From Curvularia clavata (Eukaryota), in NCBI GenBank assembly GCA_023920165.1, contig CP089280.1, positions 248,001-312,000 on the forward strand: a stretch of DNA of 64,000 bases, in the 5' to 3' direction. Numbering within the stretch: the first letter of the stretch is position 1; the number at the start of each line of letters is the position of its first letter. Positions 60,268 to 64,000 of the stretch are shown here, one piece after another. The position numbers and the translations under genes are program-made. The notes under the pieces were generated by a model. It worked only from the letters and a program-made list of their open reading frames with translations. It was not told the DNA's origin and did no database searches.

Positions 60268-62199
60268 TCAGGCCTTTTCTTTATGGAACATGTCTTTAAA
60301 GCGGAGCTTTATCTTGTAGACATACCAATCGCTCTTCCTCTTCAGGCCCAGGCCGTGATCACTGCCCTGGTCGCTTCGTTTGGTCTTTGACTCTTTGCTC
60401 TTGCTTCTCTCGCCCTTTTTTTCTTGCTTGCGCTTTTTTTCGTTCATGACAAACATGCTGGTAGGGCGTCTTCTGAGGCCAGGGCCTTGTGTGACTCCAG
60501 AATCCCACATACCAGTCGTCTCGACAGGTGTGTAGGTGGACTGCGTCTTTCGTGACCGGCTGGTGTCTGGCAGAGGCGGTGAGAGTAAAGGCGAGTCGAG
60601 CAACGGGGCAGGCGAAACCGCTTTTTCTGGAGAAGGAGGGATAACAATAGGAGAGGATATAGAGTCCATAGCGGGTCGAGTCGTCTCGACAGAGGGGCGT
60701 TCGATAGGAGATGGAAGTTGGAGCTCTTTGATGCGAAGCAACTCGATACTGCGTTTCATCTGGCGCTCTTCTACGCTCTCCAGCAGCGTCTCGTCTTCAA
60801 AGGGAAGACCGTACTTCTTTCTCATACTGCCAGTAATGCTATGGATGGCAGTGCCGGTCGAGTTTGCTCGTCGTGCACGGGTCGTGACCAGGGGCGAGGC
60901 CTTTGTTGTCGTTTTGGTGGAGGCGGGAGAGGAGGGAGCGTCTGTGTGCGCATGGGAGAGGCGCTCAATGCTGGGCTTGAACATGCGAGGAATTGAGCGT
61001 CGGTTTTCGTCTACAGTCGAAGCTGGCGATGACGAGCGAGGCGTATCGAGGGCAGACATGGAGCAACTGCGGTAAGCAGCCTGGCAGATTGTCGAACTGG
61101 GGGTCAGGGCAGGGATGGTTGCTGGGCCGGAACCGTCTGAGGCGAATTCTCTTGAAGCAACCCAAACACCAGATACGAGAATAAGGTTGCGAAGGGCTTC
61201 AGTGGTCTCAATGGGAAGCTTTTCGGCAAGGGCGTTGGCAAAGGAGTCGGAGTCGATGCTGAGAGGCGTGACAGGCGACTGGGTGTAGGAGGGCACGCTT
61301 GGGGTTGGCGGCGAGGTGGCCGAGGGCATTGCGTAGGTGTCCATGACATCTATACGGCTGTGCGTCATGGTTGCAATAATGGGATGGCGCCTCGAGTCGG
61401 AGCTGATTGTGCTAAATGTGAACTTCTTGTCGTCGGAGCCAGGGGCGAGTGCCGGTGTGGATGTGGAGGTGCGGCGGGCATGAGCAGGCTTCAGGACCCA
61501 GCGCGCCTTGACGGTGACAGCATGCTCGTCGGTAGAATTGAACTCATATCCGCCATTGGGCATGTCGGTAACGGACCAGCGACTGAAGCCATCACTGATG
61601 CAGATATCAGCTGACTCGGCAACACCCTTTTCGCACTTTCGAGTGCTGAGAACACCAATCACGTCGTAGGGGTTCCATTCGTCCTGAGAGCGGTCCTGTT
61701 CATCCTGGGACGTGTAAGGCCCTGCCTTGACAACCAGAAGATCGTTGGGGCCGAGCTTCTCCCTGGTGTTGAAGAAGCGGGCGAGCTGGCGGGTGGAGCG
61801 CTGGGGGAGGTAGGAGAAGGGGACAACGTCGTAGGCCGGCTTTGGGCGCTGCGAGGCAATGACCTGGTGCAGCTGGAGGTGGACCTTGTGGCGAGAGTGG
61901 CGCTTGGAGCGAGTGTTTACGGGGCGGGCAATGTTGTACGACGTCTTTGAGCGGCGGGAGCGCTTCTTGAGCTTCTCATCGGTGGTGTCGCTGTGGATGG
62001 AGGCAGGCCTCGAGGAGACGGGGTGAGCAGCAGCTTGTTCCTGGACTGGCTTGGGCGGCGCATCGGTGGGGAGTGAGGGTGGAGGAGTCTGGCCCCGCAG
62101 GACTGAGCCGAGTAGGGAGAGGGGCCTGAGGAAGGAGACATTGGCGGCGGTCGAGGTCGAGGTCGAGGTTGAGTCTGCGGCCAACATGTCCATCAACAT
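60268..62199 (-). CDS. Hypothetical protein (Ser/Pro-rich, basic C-terminus)
   Basis: 643-aa ORF with coding-like composition. Probable 5'-UTR intron (GTAAGT near 62326, ACTGAC branch point, CAG near 62208). Confidence 0.75.
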   Translation of the reverse strand: MLMDMLAADSTSTSTSTAANVSFLRPLSLLGSVLRGQTPPPSLPTDAPPKPVQEQAAAHPVSSRPASIHSDTTDEKLKKRSRRSKTSYNIARPVNTRSKRHSRHKVHLQLHQVIASQRPKPAYDVVPFSYLPQRSTRQLARFFNTREKLGPNDLLVVKAGPYTSQDEQDRSQDEWNPYDVIGVLSTRKCEKGVAESADICISDGFSRWSVTDMPNGGYEFNSTDEHAVTVKARWVLKPAHARRTSTSTPALAPGSDDKKFTFSTISSDSRRHPIIATMTHSRIDVMDTYAMPSATSPPTPSVPSYTQSPVTPLSIDSDSFANALAEKLPIETTEALRNLILVSGVWVASREFASDGSGPATIPALTPSSTICQAAYRSCSMSALDTPRSSSPASTVDENRRSIPRMFKPSIERLSHAHTDAPSSPASTKTTTKASPLVTTRARRANSTGTAIHSITGSMRKKYGLPFEDETLLESVEERQMKRSIELLRIKELQLPSPIERPSVETTRPAMDSISSPIVIPPSPEKAVSPAPLLDSPLLSPPLPDTSRSRKTQSTYTPVETTGMWDSGVTQGPGLRRRPTSMFVMNEKKRKQEKKGERSKSKESKTKRSDQGSDHGLGLKRKSDWYVYKIKLRFKDMFHKEKA

Positions 62200-63247
62200 A
62201 GCTCCAGCTGCGGAGGCAGGAGGAGAGGCATGCTGCGACGAGCGTCAGTAAAAACGCACGTCTCGCCTTGCGCCATGGTCGGTTGGTGTTGTTAAGTATA
62301 GTGTAATTGCGCCTGTTTGGACTTACAAGCCACAGCAAGCGGCGCACGAGCTGAGTTATGCAGGGCAGGGGTGCTAATTTCCCGCGAGGCTGCTGTCTTG
62401 GTAGATGGGAAGTAGGCTGCTATTATGCTAAAAATCAGAGAGACTGCAACCGCAACAAAAGAAAAAAAGAAAAATCAAGCGTTGCAAGCGGGCGCCCGTG
62501 GCAGGTCGTTCCGCCGGCGGGCGGACATGACATGGTTTTCTTTCTTGTCCGCGTCCATTGTCAACGCCCAGGCTGAGACGCCCGTCAGGTCAGTCAAAAG
62601 TCGCCGTCCCGCTAGCTGGCCACCGTCCGTCAGAGCGCCCTGCTCCTTGCACCTCCACCTGCTCGCTCGCTATCCACTCCTCATCCAGCCCTCGTCCTTG
62701 GGCCTCGCCATCCAATGACTCGGCTCCCACGGGCCCCGCTGCGGCTGCTTATGGTCTGCTGCTATCCGCCGAGGGCCGACCCAATCCAGAGCATGCGTCA
62801 CTCGGTGCTGTAAACTGCCAGCTCTCCTCTATCGAGCACATCGTCGACGTCGACAATAGACGTCGTGCCCAGCCTGTTCCATTCACCGACAATGACACGC
62901 ACCTCGCCGAGCCCTGCAAGGCCCCGCTCCCCCTCAACCGCCATCGTACTCGATGCCTGCTTGGTCCCGATCTTCGGTTGTGCCGGCCTCCGTCGTTCCG
63001 TACCTTCCATTTTTCCCCCGGCAAGGGCTCTCGTCAGCTGCTCCTCGAACCTCCAAACTTCTCCTCGGACGAACCCACCCTCCGAATCCGTTGCTCTCCA
63101 CGTGTACCTGCAGCCATCGTACCAGCAACTGCCGTATTGGCCGTATTGTCCCACATCTGAGCAACCAGGTCAAGCCGGAGCCGGACTGTTCTTCACCACC
63201 ACCACCACCATCTCCTCAGCGGCACTTGAGCCCTGCTCCCTAGACGA

Positions 63248-64000
63248 ATGCCTGCTTCCCAAATGGGCCATACCCCAAGCCAAGACCTCGCTGACCGTCT
63301 CGTTACCTGGTTTACCCAACATGGCGGCTACCTCAGCCCGGACGTCCAGCTCGTCTACTCCCGCGCCCAGGGCTTTCACCTGCGTGCTTTGAGCTCACTG
63401 GCTCAGCCCGTCGTGGCTTCCTGTCCGCTTGCTCTTACCTTGTCCGTCCTCAACCTAGACCCGACTGAGAAAGACGTGCTGCCTGTCCATTCTCCCTTGC
63501 AACAATGTCGAGGCACAATTCCAGACCATATATTGGCCTATCTCATGTTGATTGACCAGCGCAACAAGGCTGCCGATTCGCCTTGGTACGCTTATCTAGC
63601 ATGCTTACCGCAACCCCAAGACATGACCACGCCTCTCTGGTTCGACGAGGCCGACATGGCTTTTCTGGCTGGTACTTCCTTGGCCCCCGCCGCAAAAGAA
63701 AGAAAGGCGGAGCTGCACCAGCAATGGGAGCACGCCGTAGCGGTCATGAGGGAGGCGGGCATGCACCTTGCTGACGAAATCGATCTGTAAGTCTCCTAGC
63801 ACATGGCAATCTGTAGCAGCCTGGACTGTGTCTTTGGGGCGGGCTTGCACTAGGCCCATGTCAGCTCCACCACATGCATTAGCCACGCTCACCTGGATGG
63901 CTTTTTTGATACGTGATGTTTCCAACGTCCTCAATCACTACCCGTTTACGCCTTGGGCGCATGATTTTCCTTTTTTGCACCGGACGCCTTGACACACGCC
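63248..64000 (+). CDS. SET-domain protein lysine methyltransferase (Rkm/Efm/LSMT-like), 5' part, truncated by window end
   Basis: WFTQHGGYLSPDV, CPLALTLS, SPWYAYLACLP and TPLWFDEADMAFLAGTSL motifs; donor GTAAGT at 63787, with the intron apparently running off the window. Confidence 0.8.

Noticed and set aside
62558..63392. 175-200 aa ORFs between the hypothetical gene and the SET gene
   Set aside because: Low-complexity promoter/UTR-like sequence with non-ATG starts and no domain similarity.
1..64000. CRISPR arrays, rRNA genes, intact transposons
   Set aside because: None seen; eukaryotic gene-dense DNA with no repeat-spacer arrays or transposase/RT ORFs.

Overview
Eukaryotic, intron-containing DNA from a filamentous ascomycete (short GT-AG introns with CTRAC branch points; HET, APSES and Cys6-type genes). 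About 24 protein-coding genes, mostly housekeeping: OPT transporter, GPI8, PARP-E2 fusion, BIR1/survivin, TAM41, YEN1/GEN1, AT-hook protein, SurE, bleomycin hydrolase, thiolase, homeobox/C2H2 TF, SNU23, GST, Xbp1-like TF, TOP2 and a SET protein. There are also two HET genes and two tRNA-Pro(TGG) genes. The main finding is tRNA-Pro at 18382-18538 (-). Besides a normal anticodon-loop intron, it has a 58-nt GTAAGT...CTAAC...TAG spliceosomal-type intron inserted precisely between T54 and T55, splitting the B box. It sits tail-to-tail with an intronless, prokaryote-type Thg1-like protein (TLP) gene. A second candidate is a ~800-nt nested-helix structured ncRNA at about 52140-52965 in a gene-free interval. 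Exon boundaries and pairings were read by eye; no searches or folding programs were run.
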